32,000 nt of DNA. It comes from Phycisphaera mikurensis NBRC 102666 (GTDB taxonomy: Bacteria; Planctomycetota; Phycisphaerae; Phycisphaerales; Phycisphaeraceae). Positions 17,949 through 26,675 of this stretch are shown one piece after another. The notes under the pieces were generated by a model that had not been told where the DNA came from, did no database searches, and saw only the letters and a list, made by a program, of their open reading frames with translations. The first letter of the stretch is position 1. Every line of letters begins with the position of its first letter. The stretch spans positions 1,950,001-1,982,000 of the forward strand of contig NC_017080.1 in assembly GCF_000284115.1 (NCBI RefSeq), given 5' to 3'. The position numbers and the translations under genes are program-made.

Positions 17949-19304
17949 ATGACCCCCGTTCTTTTCCGACGCGTCCCGACCCCGCCCGAAGGCAGCTTCC
18001 ACGACCGGAAGTACGTCGGGTACGACGACTACGTGGCAAGCGAGGGCTACGAGGGGCTGCAGGCCGGCATCGACGCCGGCCACGAGGAGGTGGTGAACAT
18101 CGTCAAGGCGGCGGAGCTGCGCGGCCGCGGGGGGGCGGGGTTCCCGGCGGGCGTGAAGTGGGGCTTCCTGCCGCCGCTGGACGACGGCCCGCGCTACCTG
18201 TGCATCAACGCCGACGAGAGCGAGCCGGCGACGTTCAAGGATCAGGTGCTGATCCAGTTCGACCCGCACTCGGTCATCGAGGGCATCGCGCTGTGCATGC
18301 TGGCCTGCCAGCTGGACACCGCGTACTTCTACATCCGCGGCGAGTACCACCACCAGCGCGAGGTCTTCGAGCGGGCGATCGCCGAGGCCTACGCCAACGG
18401 CGTGCTCGGCGAGAACGCCCGGACGGGCAAGATCAACGGCCGGTGGCCGAACCTCTACCTGCACCGCGGGGCGGGGGCGTACATCTGCGGCGAGGAGACG
18501 GGGCTTATCGAGAGCTTGGAGGGCAAGCGGGGCTGGCCGCGGATCAAGCCGCCGTTCCCCGCCGTGCAGGGCGCCTTCGCCCGGCCGACGGTCATCAACA
18601 ACGTCGAGACGCTCGCCAATGTGCCCTTCATCCTGAAGCACGGCGCCGACGCCTGGAAGGCCAACGGCAAGGGCCGGCCGGAGGGGGCGCCGCCGCAGGT
18701 GCCGGCCAGCTACGGGACCAAGCTGATGGGCCTTTCGGGAGCGATTTCACGGCCGGGCGTGTACGAGCACGAGCTGGGGATCAAGCTCACGGACCTCATC
18801 GAGACGTCCGGGCAGGGCGCGCTTGCCGGCGAGGGCAACGCGATCAAGGGCTACTTCCACGGCGGCATCTCCATGGGCGTGATCAGCCAGGAGGAGGCGG
18901 AGGCCGGGGTCGAGATGGACTTCGACATCGGCAAGAAGTGGAACAACCTGGGCCTGGGAACCGCCTGCGTGACGGTGATCCCCGAGCGGACCTCCATGGT
19001 CGCCATGGCCCGCAACTGCGCCCGCTTCTACGCCCACGAGAGCTGCGGGCAGTGCACCCAGTGCCGCGAGGGGTCGCGCTGGCTCAACAAGATGCTCGAC
19101 CGCATGGTCGCCGGCGACGGGACGACCAAGGACCTGGACCTGCTGCTGGAGCTGGCCTCCTCGATGGGCTCGATGCCCGGCAACAACATCTGCGGCCTCA
19201 GCGACGGGGCGAACTGGGCGATCCGCACGATCGTCAACAAGTTCTGGGACGAGTTCGAGGCGATCGTGAGCAAGCCCTCCCGCGTCTCGCTCGCCGTCGT
19301 TTGA
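17949..19304 (+). CDS. nuoF: NADH-quinone oxidoreductase subunit F
   Basis: AAELRGRGGAGFPAGVKWGF, INADESEPATFKDQ, YLHRGAGAYICGEETGLIESLEGKRGWPRIKPPFPA, ESCGQCTQCREG. Confidence 0.96.
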   Translation: MTPVLFRRVPTPPEGSFHDRKYVGYDDYVASEGYEGLQAGIDAGHEEVVNIVKAAELRGRGGAGFPAGVKWGFLPPLDDGPRYLCINADESEPATFKDQVLIQFDPHSVIEGIALCMLACQLDTAYFYIRGEYHHQREVFERAIAEAYANGVLGENARTGKINGRWPNLYLHRGAGAYICGEETGLIESLEGKRGWPRIKPPFPAVQGAFARPTVINNVETLANVPFILKHGADAWKANGKGRPEGAPPQVPASYGTKLMGLSGAISRPGVYEHELGIKLTDLIETSGQGALAGEGNAIKGYFHGGISMGVISQEEAEAGVEMDFDIGKKWNNLGLGTACVTVIPERTSMVAMARNCARFYAHESCGQCTQCREGSRWLNKMLDRMVAGDGTTKDLDLLLELASSMGSMPGNNICGLSDGANWAIRTIVNKFWDEFEAIVSKPSRVSLAVV

Positions 19305-19387
19305 GTGCAGCGTGCTGGGCCTCCGCCGCTCGCGGGTCGGGGCGGGAACGAGGCTCGCGTGGCGTGTCGGGTACGCCGCGAAAGCCT

Positions 19388-19393
19388 TAGCAT
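19388..19393 (+). promoter_or_regulatory. Putative -10 box TAGCAT, 6 nt upstream of ATG 19400
   Basis: TAGCAT-ccgcgc-ATG. Confidence 0.4.
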
Positions 19394-19399
19394 CCGCGC

Positions 19400-19984
19400 A
19401 TGGCCGACCTGGTGGGCAAATTGTTGCTGGCGGCGCCCTCGCTGGAGGAGGCGGCGTTCCACAGGGCGGTCGTTCTCGTGATCGAGCACGGGCCGGCGGG
19501 GGCCATGGGGCTGGTCCTCAACAAGCCGACGCCGCTGAAGCTGGCCGACGTGCTCGCCAAAACCGAGACCGAGGCCGGCGACGACGCGGGCTTCGAGGCG
19601 GACGAAGCGGTGCTGCTCCACCAGGGCGGCCCCTGCCCCGGCCCGCTGTTCGTGCTGCACGCCGACGGGTGCCTGGGCGATCGCGAGCCGGTCCCGGGCC
19701 TGTTCCTCAGCAACGACGGGGACGTGATCCGGCTGCTGGTGCGGGAGCCGCCGGCGGCACCGCTGCCCTGGCGGGCGGTCGGTGGCTACGCCGGCTGGGG
19801 CCCGGGCCAGCTCGAGGGAGAGCTGGGGGAGGGCTCGTGGCGGATCGCCGAGGCCCCGGTGGACGTCCTGCTGAACCTCGACGGCGACGCCGGCTGGTTG
19901 GACCTCACCCGCTCCGCGGCACGCGAGGCCGTCTACGAGGATCTACCCGATGCCGCCGTGCCGCGGGACCCTCGCAACAACTAG
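19400..19984 (+). CDS. YqgE/AlgH family protein (DUF179)
   Basis: GKLLLAAPSLEEAAFHRAVVLVIEHGPAGAMGLVLNKPT, LHQGGPCPGPLFVLH, GYAGWGPGQLEGEL. Confidence 0.92.
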   Translation: MADLVGKLLLAAPSLEEAAFHRAVVLVIEHGPAGAMGLVLNKPTPLKLADVLAKTETEAGDDAGFEADEAVLLHQGGPCPGPLFVLHADGCLGDREPVPGLFLSNDGDVIRLLVREPPAAPLPWRAVGGYAGWGPGQLEGELGEGSWRIAEAPVDVLLNLDGDAGWLDLTRSAAREAVYEDLPDAAVPRDPRNN

Positions 19985-20113
19985 CTCCACCCCTGGACCG
20001 CGGTTCGCCGGTGCGGAGGCACGCGGCGCAAGCCCATCGCCACCGGCGCCGCGGATTGCGAGCCGGTGGGGGCGGAAAAGCCGACGGTCCGCGGATGCCC
20101 CGGGCAACCCATC

Positions 20114-20431
20114 ATGGAAGAGACTTCAGACGACCGGTACGACCTCCAGGACCGCTACCTCGAGCTCACGCGGCGGGAGCTGCCGGCCGCGGCGGTCGCG
20201 GCGGGCGATTGGCCGGTCCGCTTCGACCACTGCTTCATGCGGATCGTGCTCGACCACGTCTTCGGCGGCTGCTGGTACGACCACCTCAACCGCCGGCAGC
20301 GGGCGTACAAGCAGCTCGACGAGGCCCAGCTCGCCGCGGCGGTTGGGCACGGCGAGAAGATGCTCTCGGGCGGGCGGGCGGTGGTGGAGGCGATGAACCG
20401 CGAGAGCCTCGCCTGGCGGGGGAAGCGTTGA
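20114..20431 (+). CDS. Small hypothetical protein (105 aa; track start 20066)
   Basis: MEETSDDRYDLQDRYLELTRRELPAAAVAAGDWPVRFDHCFMRIVLDHVFGGCWYDHL: balanced composition, likely real. Confidence 0.5.
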   Translation: MEETSDDRYDLQDRYLELTRRELPAAAVAAGDWPVRFDHCFMRIVLDHVFGGCWYDHLNRRQRAYKQLDEAQLAAAVGHGEKMLSGGRAVVEAMNRESLAWRGKR

Positions 20432-20447
20432 CGCGCTAGAACACGGC

Positions 20448-20852
20448 ATGCCCAGCCGTCTGCCGACCCTCCTTCTCGTGCCGCTGCTCGCCGGCGGCTG
20501 CTACCCCGTCCGGAACCCGGGGCCGGCGGACCCCCGCGCCAGCACGGCGCTGCCCGGCACGCTGCCGGATCCGGTGCGCGACCCGGCGGACGATCCCGAC
20601 ACCGTCTCGCCGGTGGAGCCGCAGGACGCGCCGGGCGACGCGGGCGCGATCGATCCCGGGAGCCTCGGCGTCGCGCCGGCGCGGCCGGTGCGCATCGGCC
20701 CGACGCCGCAGGAGCTCTCGGCCCGCCGGGCCGCCCGCGACACGCCGAGCAACGCCGCGGTGCTCGACCGGTGGCCGGCCAAGCAGCGGGCGGAGCTGGA
20801 CGCGCGGCGTGCGGCGCAGGAGAGCGGGCGGCTCCGGCCGGCCGCCCGCTGA
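20448..20852 (+). CDS. Small predicted lipoprotein
   Basis: MPSRLPTLLLVPLLAGGCYPVRN: signal peptide with lipobox (LAGGC), then a proline-rich region. Confidence 0.55.
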   Translation: MPSRLPTLLLVPLLAGGCYPVRNPGPADPRASTALPGTLPDPVRDPADDPDTVSPVEPQDAPGDAGAIDPGSLGVAPARPVRIGPTPQELSARRAARDTPSNAAVLDRWPAKQRAELDARRAAQESGRLRPAAR

Positions 20853-20988
20853 AGCCGGCACGCGAATCCTTGGCGCAGCGTGCGCCCTTTCCGGATTGCC
20901 TCCGCCCTGCAGGGGCGGGGCGGCTTCGCCTCCTCGCGGAGGACACGCCCGCGCACGCAGGCCGATCAAGCATCGCCGCACGATGCTC

Positions 20989-20994
20989 TAGGCT
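20989..20994 (+). promoter_or_regulatory. Putative -10 box TAGGCT, 6 nt upstream of ATG 21001
   Basis: TAGGCT-ccgccg-ATG. Confidence 0.4.
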
Positions 20995-21000
20995 CCGCCG

Positions 21001-21897
21001 ATGCTGCTCGCTGCGCTCTTTGTCGTGCTGTTTTCGCTGGTTTTCTGCCTGCTCGTCGCGGGGCTGCTTCACCTGCTCCCGCGGGTGGGCGGCGAGGCCT
21101 GGTCGAGGTGGCTGTCGGAGGCGCCGGGTCTGGACGTCGCCGTCTTCGCGCTCACGGTGCTCCCGCAGCTGGTCGGCCTGGCCGCCGGCGTCGCCCGCGA
21201 CGCCGGCTTTCTCGGGACGATTCTCCTGATCCTCGCGGCGGTGGTCGGGCAGGGCCTGGCGCTGTTCGCGTGGATGCGGCTGCACGAGTTGGCGCACAAG
21301 GAGGCGATGAGAGGGCCGCGTCTGAAGCGCTCGATGAACCGGGCGGTGGGTCCGGTGGCCAACGGCTTCGCGGTGTGGTGGACGGCGCTGGCGGTGCCGG
21401 TCTTCGCGATCGTCCGCCTCGCGGAGATCGTGGTCTACCCGCCGCTGGTGAAGATCATCCACCTGCCGGCGTACGACACCAAGGGCTACATCAACGTGAG
21501 CCGCCAGAAGCACGAGCACCTCGTCGGCGCCGACCGCATCTGGTGCCTGTACTGCGACTGGATGACCGGCGTGTGGAGCCTGGGCACCGAGATCCTGCGG
21601 AACATCGAGAGTTTCTGGTGCCCGCTGCGTTACGGCAACGCCGCGAAGTGCGAAAACTGCGTGCAGGAGTTCCCCGACATCGACGGCGGCTGGGCTCCGG
21701 CGGACAGCGGCATGGCCGGCGCCGTCGCCGCCGCCGAGAAGCACTACCCCGGGCCGCCCGACGAGAACGGCAAGCCCTTCAACAGCTGGTTCGGGCACCC
21801 GAAGCGCCAAGCGCTGGCGCAGCTGACCGTGGGCGGCGCGGAAGTCGCGGGCCTGGAGGATGCCGCGGCGACGCCCCGCGGTGGCGGCGGAGCCTGA
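21001..21897 (+). CDS. Hypothetical multi-pass membrane protein with a cysteine-containing cytosolic region
   Basis: Hydrophobic segments LLAALFVVLFSLVFCLLVAGLLHLL, FLGTILLILAAVVGQGLALFAW, FAVWWTALAVPVFAIVRLAEIVVYPPLV; then WCLYCDWM...FWCPLRYGNAAKCENCVQEFP. Confidence 0.7.
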   Translation: MLLAALFVVLFSLVFCLLVAGLLHLLPRVGGEAWSRWLSEAPGLDVAVFALTVLPQLVGLAAGVARDAGFLGTILLILAAVVGQGLALFAWMRLHELAHKEAMRGPRLKRSMNRAVGPVANGFAVWWTALAVPVFAIVRLAEIVVYPPLVKIIHLPAYDTKGYINVSRQKHEHLVGADRIWCLYCDWMTGVWSLGTEILRNIESFWCPLRYGNAAKCENCVQEFPDIDGGWAPADSGMAGAVAAAEKHYPGPPDENGKPFNSWFGHPKRQALAQLTVGGAEVAGLEDAAATPRGGGGA

Positions 21898-21952
21898 GCG
21901 CGGGCGAGCACACGGGCGGGTGGAGGCGCCGCCACGCGGCGGGCGCACAACG

Positions 21953-21980
21953 GCACCGCGGGCCCGGGGCCACGCGGTGC
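21953..21980. terminator. Hairpin in a convergent intergenic region, possible terminator
   Basis: gcaccgcg-ggcccggggcca-cgcggtgc, 8-bp perfect stem plus inner GC palindrome, between the 21001-21897(+) and 22012-22911(-) genes. Confidence 0.35.
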
Positions 21981-22011
21981 GCGTCGGAGGGATCGGTCGG
22001 GACGCCGGGGC

Positions 22012-22911
22012 TCAGGCGGACCGCTTGCGCCGGGCGGCGAGGCCCCCGAGCAGGGCCAGGCCCGCGGCGGCGGCGCCGGGGGTCGGGATCACGGCTGCAT
22101 TGCCGGGCGCGACCGCGATGCCGGCGATCGTCGTGCCGGAGCTGCCGATGGTGCCCAGCGAGGTGGCGAGGCCGGTGCCCAGGTCGACGGAGAACAGCGT
22201 GGAGTCGGTCTCGCCGCGGACGATGCCGGCGAGGTAGGCGGTGCCCGTGGCGCCGCTGACGTCGAACTCGCCGATGTCGACGATGTCGACGCCGAGCTCG
22301 CCGACGGTGCCCAGCGTGCCGGCGTTGTTGGCCTGCGTCGCGAGGATGTCCAGGGCGGAGTCGATCACGTAGAGCTGCGTGCTGTCCGCGTTGGCGACGC
22401 TGTTGGTGTAGGCGGCGCCGATGACCACGGTGCTGGCGCCCTCGTTGGCGTCCCCGCTGCCGTAGAACAGCGGCGTGGTGTCGGCGATGTTGGCGTCGCC
22501 GCTGTCCGGGTCGGCCACGAAGTTGGTGCCGACGTCGGAGTTGATCCGGATCTTGTCGATCACCGGGTTGAAGTCGAAGCCGTAGAAGGTGCCGGCGGGC
22601 GCGTCGCTGAAGCCCGAGCCGACCAGCGTGGCGGCGCCGGTGCCCGCGTCGAGCGTGTACAGCCGGTCGTTGCTGCTGAATCCGAACAGCTGCCCCGTCG
22701 CGGGGCGGTAGTCGATCCCGAGCAGCTCGCCGCCGCTCTCCAGGCCGGTGACGGAGACGCGGTTGCTCGTGTTCGAGGGCGAGGCGCTGTCGAAGCTGAA
22801 GAGCTGCTGCGAGGTGCCGACGTCCTCGAGGACGAGCACGGTCTCGGCCGAAGCGGAGAACGCGCCGGCGGCGGTCGAGGCGGCGATGAGGGCGGTCAGG
22901 GAGCGGGTCAT
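22012..22911 (-). CDS. Secreted DUF4394-like protein with PEP-CTERM-like sorting tail
   Basis: Signal peptide MTRSLTALIAASTAAGAFSASAE; LLGIDYRPATGQLFGFSSNDRLYTLD, TFYGFDFNPVIDKIRINSDVGTNFVADP; C-terminal IPTPGAAAAGLALLGGLAARRKRSA. Confidence 0.85.
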   Translation of the reverse strand: MTRSLTALIAASTAAGAFSASAETVLVLEDVGTSQQLFSFDSASPSNTSNRVSVTGLESGGELLGIDYRPATGQLFGFSSNDRLYTLDAGTGAATLVGSGFSDAPAGTFYGFDFNPVIDKIRINSDVGTNFVADPDSGDANIADTTPLFYGSGDANEGASTVVIGAAYTNSVANADSTQLYVIDSALDILATQANNAGTLGTVGELGVDIVDIGEFDVSGATGTAYLAGIVRGETDSTLFSVDLGTGLATSLGTIGSSGTTIAGIAVAPGNAAVIPTPGAAAAGLALLGGLAARRKRSA

Positions 22912-23131
22912 GGCGGGTTTTCTCCGGGCGGGGTGCGGGACCGCGACGCCGCGGCCCACGCAGAAGGGTCTACGCGGAACCTAGACACGCGGATGGCGCC
23001 TTTCCAGCCGGTCGGGAGATCGGCGTGCGCAGCTCCCGAGGCCGGCCGATGGATCGTCCGCCCGGCCCCGGCCGGTCGGCCGGGAGGCGGGGCGGACGCG
23101 GAACCCGGACGCGTCGCCGATCGGCCGACGC

Positions 23132-25000
23132 TCAGCGGCTCGGGAGGTTGACCACCGTCGGGTCCGCGAGCGTCCCGCGGATGCGAGAGGCCTCGCGGGC
23201 GAGCCGCATCCGCTCGGCGAACTCCTCGATCAGGAACCAGTCGCGCCACGTCTTGATGCCCGCCGCCCGCGCGGTCGCGGGGTCGAGCACGCGGCCGCCG
23301 GGCAGAACGTCGCGGCGTCCGGTGTCGAAGGCGCGGCGGTACGCCCGCTCCAGCTGGCCGCGGTCGATCTGGCCGTCCGCGGTGGGCTCGTCCCCGCGGG
23401 CGGCGGACTCCAACGCCATACTCACCTCCACGCGGACCAGGTCGCGGAGGCCCCCGGCGTCGCCGATGGCCGTGCCGCTCAGCGCCGTCTCCACGGCCGA
23501 GGCGAGCACGCGCTCGTCGATTGCGACCGCCGTCGCCGGCTGACCGGTGACCGCGGCCGCCTTCTGCGGCTCGGGGAGGGCGGCCACGATCGAGCGGGCG
23601 AGCTCGTCGGCGTCGTAGGCCGGCGCCGCCGCGCGGTCGCGGAGGCGGGCGAGCTCGACCTGCACGCCCTCGGTCGCGGCCCGCTGCTCGGCGAGGCCGG
23701 CGAGCACCTGGGCGAGCAGCGGATCGGGCGCGACCGGGCGGCCCGCCGCGACGGCCTCGAGCTGGCCGCGGAGCGCGGCGGCGTCCGGCCGCTCCTTCAG
23801 ATCGGCCGCGATGGACGCCAACGCCGACTGCAGCGCCTCGAAGCGCGGGTCGTCCGCGTCGCCGCCGGGCGGTTGCTCGAGCACCTCGACGATGGAGGCG
23901 AGGCGGGCGTCGAGCGCGGCGGCGTCGGGCAGGCGATCGATCTTGGCCTCCACCCGGGCCATCCGGCTGTTGAAGTCGTCGGCGCCGGGCAGGGTCGTGC
24001 GGAGCTCCTCGACGGCCGCGAGGACGTCGTCGCGGGAGGCCGCGCTCGCCGTCTCCACCGACGCCGCGAGCGCCTCCACCGCGGGGGTCATTGCTTCGGG
24101 CAGGGCCGCGACGATCTCCCGCACCGCCGCGACCTGCTCGGCCACCGCTTCGCCGCCGCGTTCCGCACGCTCGGCCGCGGCGGCGAGACGCTCGGCGGCC
24201 TCGGGCGTCAGCGGCTGCACGGTGTCGCGGAGCCGCCGGGCCGTGGCGTCGGCCAGCGCGGCCGCCGCGTCGCGGTCCCGCTCGCCGAGCCCGGCGGCGA
24301 GGCCGGCGAGCTCTCCGGCGCCCGTGTCGACCGATGCCCGCAGCGCCGTGAGCGCCTCGGCCGTCTCCGCCTGCGCGGGCGCGAGCGCGGCCACCGCCGC
24401 CTCGCCGCGCCGTCGCTCCTCCTCCAGCCGCTTGAGCAGCCGCTGCTCGAAGGCCTCGGCGCGGTCGCTCGCCTCCGCCTCGGCGGCCGCCCGCGCCGCC
24501 TCGGCCACGCGTACCTCCTGGGCGAGCCGCGTCGCCTGGTGCTGGTTCAGCAGGCCCAGGCCGACGAGCACGACGGCCGCCGCCGAGCCGGTGCCGAGGA
24601 TCCAGGCCCCGGTCCCGCGGGTGGCGCCCCCGGCGAGCGGGGCACGCCGGGGCTCGGCCGGCGGCGTCGCCGCGGCGTGCGGGCCCAGCGTCGGCGCCTC
24701 CATCCGCGAGAGCGTCAGCACCGTCTTGCCGACCTGCAGGAAGTCGCCCTCACGCAGCGGCTCGGTCTCCTCGAGCGGCTTGTGGTTCCGAAGCGTGCCG
24801 GTGGTGGAGCCGAGGTCCTCCACGTACCACCTGCCACCCTCGCGGAAGAGGCCGGCGTGGCGCCGCGAGGCCCGCCGGTCGGAGAGCCGGAAGGGGTCGC
24901 CCTCGCGGCCGAGCACCATCGGCTGCTCACGCGTGGCCGCCGGATCCAGCGGGTGCGCCTGCCCCTTGTCCGGCCCGGCGATCGCGATCAGCATCCACAT
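23132..25000 (-). CDS. FHA domain - TM - long coiled-coil protein
   Basis: N-terminal FHA: PMVLGREGDPFRLSDRRASRRHAGLFREGGRWYVEDLGSTTGTLRN; TM WILGTGSAAAVVLVGLGLL; then Ala/Glu-rich coiled coil. Confidence 0.88.
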   Translation of the reverse strand: MWMLIAIAGPDKGQAHPLDPAATREQPMVLGREGDPFRLSDRRASRRHAGLFREGGRWYVEDLGSTTGTLRNHKPLEETEPLREGDFLQVGKTVLTLSRMEAPTLGPHAAATPPAEPRRAPLAGGATRGTGAWILGTGSAAAVVLVGLGLLNQHQATRLAQEVRVAEAARAAAEAEASDRAEAFEQRLLKRLEEERRRGEAAVAALAPAQAETAEALTALRASVDTGAGELAGLAAGLGERDRDAAAALADATARRLRDTVQPLTPEAAERLAAAAERAERGGEAVAEQVAAVREIVAALPEAMTPAVEALAASVETASAASRDDVLAAVEELRTTLPGADDFNSRMARVEAKIDRLPDAAALDARLASIVEVLEQPPGGDADDPRFEALQSALASIAADLKERPDAAALRGQLEAVAAGRPVAPDPLLAQVLAGLAEQRAATEGVQVELARLRDRAAAPAYDADELARSIVAALPEPQKAAAVTGQPATAVAIDERVLASAVETALSGTAIGDAGGLRDLVRVEVSMALESAARGDEPTADGQIDRGQLERAYRRAFDTGRRDVLPGGRVLDPATARAAGIKTWRDWFLIEEFAERMRLAREASRIRGTLADPTVVNLPSR

Positions 25001-25006
25001 GCCCGC

Positions 25007-25012
25007 ACCCTA
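25007..25012 (-). promoter_or_regulatory. Putative -10 box TAGGGT, 6 nt upstream of ATG 25000
   Basis: On the minus strand TAGGGT-gcgggc-ATG. Confidence 0.4.
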
Positions 25013-25194
25013 CCGCCTTCTCCCGCTGTTCGGCGTGGCTTCGTTGCCGCCGGGCTCGCTCCGCCGCCTCGTCGGCGCCCCGGGAGCCGGCGGTGCGAGA
25101 GCCCCCGGCCGGGAGGCTCCCGGGCCGCCGGATCCCGGGGCGAGGCGGCCTCCCGCGGCGCGCCGATCCGCCGGGCCGTACCGTCGCGACGCCG

Positions 25195-26556
25195 ATGCCC
25201 GAATCCTTCACCAAGAAGTCCGCGATCCCCGCCTCCACCGCCGAGGTTTTTGATTGGCACGAGCGGGCGGGCGCCTTCATGCGGCTGCAGCCGCCCTGGG
25301 AGCGGGTGGAGCTGCTGGAGTTCGAGGGCATCCGCGACGGCCAGAAGGCGGTGCTCCGGGTCTGGGCGCCGTGGAAGCGGAAGTGGGTGGCGATGCACCA
25401 CGGCTTCGTGCCGGGGGTGCAGTTCTGCGATCGGCAGGAGGAGGGACCCTTCGCCCGGTGGGATCACGCCCACCGGGTGGAGCCGGACCCGGGCAACGGC
25501 GGGGAGACGGCGGTCATGAACGACGACGTCCGCTACGAGATGCCGTTCGGCCCGCTGGGGATGATCGCCCACGGCGTCTTCGCCCGCGAGAAGATCGAGC
25601 AGATGTTCGCCCACCGCCACGCGGTGCTGCGCGAGGACCACGAGCGGCGGAATCGGCTGGCGGAGCACGCCGGCGGCCTCGACACGCTCAAGGTGGCGAT
25701 GACCGGCGGCAGCGGCTTCGTCGGCTCGCTGCTCACGCCGCTCTTGACCACCCGCGGCCACGCGGTCAAGCCGGTGCGGCGGCCGGCCGAGGGCATCGGC
25801 TGGAACACCGGCGACCTCGCCGGCGCCGACGCGGTGGTCCACCTCGCCGGCGAGCCGATCGCCCAGCGCTGGAGCGAGCGGGCGAAGAAGCGGATCCGGG
25901 AGAGCCGGCTCGAGGGCACCCGCGTGCTCGCCGAGGCGCTGACGCGGCTGCCCCAGAAGCCCAAGGTGCTGGTGTCCGCCTCGGCGGTGGGCTTCTACGG
26001 CGCCCGCGGGGACGAGCTGCTCGACGAGGACAGCGCCGGCGGGAGCGGCTTCCTTGCGGAGGTCGCCGCCGGCTGGGAAGCCGCGACCCGGGCGGCTTCC
26101 GACGCGGGCATCCGCGTGGTCCACCCGCGGATCGGCGTGGTGCTCGACCCCCGGGGCGGGGCGCTGCAGCGGATGCTCCCGATCTTCGCCGCCGGCGTCG
26201 GCGGGAGGCTCGGCCACGGCGGGCAGTGGTTCCCGTGGATCAGCAGCTTCGACCTCTGCGACGTCCTCGCCCGCTGCCTCGTCGATCCGTCGCTCCGCGG
26301 CCCCATCAATGCCGTCGCGCCCGAGCCGGTCACCAACGCCGTCTTCACCAAGACCCTCGGACGCGTCCTGAAGCGGCCCGCCGTGCTGCCCGCCCCGGGT
26401 TTCGCCCTGCGGGCGGCCTTCGGCGAGATGGCCGATGCCGCCCTGCTCGGCGGGGCACGCGTGGTGCCCTCGCGGCTGCAGCAAGCGGGCTTCCGCTGGC
26501 GGCACCCGGACCTCGAGGCGGCGCTGCGGGCGCTCCTGGGCAAGCGCCGCCTCTGA
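25195..26556 (+). CDS. SRPBCC-domain + TIGR01777/YfcH-like epimerase fusion
   Basis: N-terminal SRPBCC-like (KKSAIPASTAEVFDWHERAGAF... ); epimerase VAMTGGSGFVGSLLTPLL, VVHLAGEPIAQRWSERAKKRIRESRLEGTR, SASAVGFYGARGDE. Confidence 0.9.
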   Translation: MPESFTKKSAIPASTAEVFDWHERAGAFMRLQPPWERVELLEFEGIRDGQKAVLRVWAPWKRKWVAMHHGFVPGVQFCDRQEEGPFARWDHAHRVEPDPGNGGETAVMNDDVRYEMPFGPLGMIAHGVFAREKIEQMFAHRHAVLREDHERRNRLAEHAGGLDTLKVAMTGGSGFVGSLLTPLLTTRGHAVKPVRRPAEGIGWNTGDLAGADAVVHLAGEPIAQRWSERAKKRIRESRLEGTRVLAEALTRLPQKPKVLVSASAVGFYGARGDELLDEDSAGGSGFLAEVAAGWEAATRAASDAGIRVVHPRIGVVLDPRGGALQRMLPIFAAGVGGRLGHGGQWFPWISSFDLCDVLARCLVDPSLRGPINAVAPEPVTNAVFTKTLGRVLKRPAVLPAPGFALRAAFGEMADAALLGGARVVPSRLQQAGFRWRHPDLEAALRALLGKRRL

Positions 26557-26663
26557 GGCGGGGCCGAAGCGGCGCGTCCGCGTGCCCGCGCGCCCTCGCC
26601 CGGAGCCGCGGCGAGGCCGGGCGCGCCGCACCCGCGCAGACCCCGGGCGGTCCGCTCCTCCGC

Positions 26664-26669
26664 TAGCTT
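26664..26669 (+). promoter_or_regulatory. Putative -10 box TAGCTT, 6 nt upstream of ATG 26676
   Basis: TAGCTT-ccgccg-ATG. Confidence 0.4.
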
Positions 26670-26675
26670 CCGCCG

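Noticed and set aside
17765-19390. 541-aa ORF overlapping nuoF in another frame
   Set aside because: Frame +1 shadow of nuoF; no protein-like motifs.
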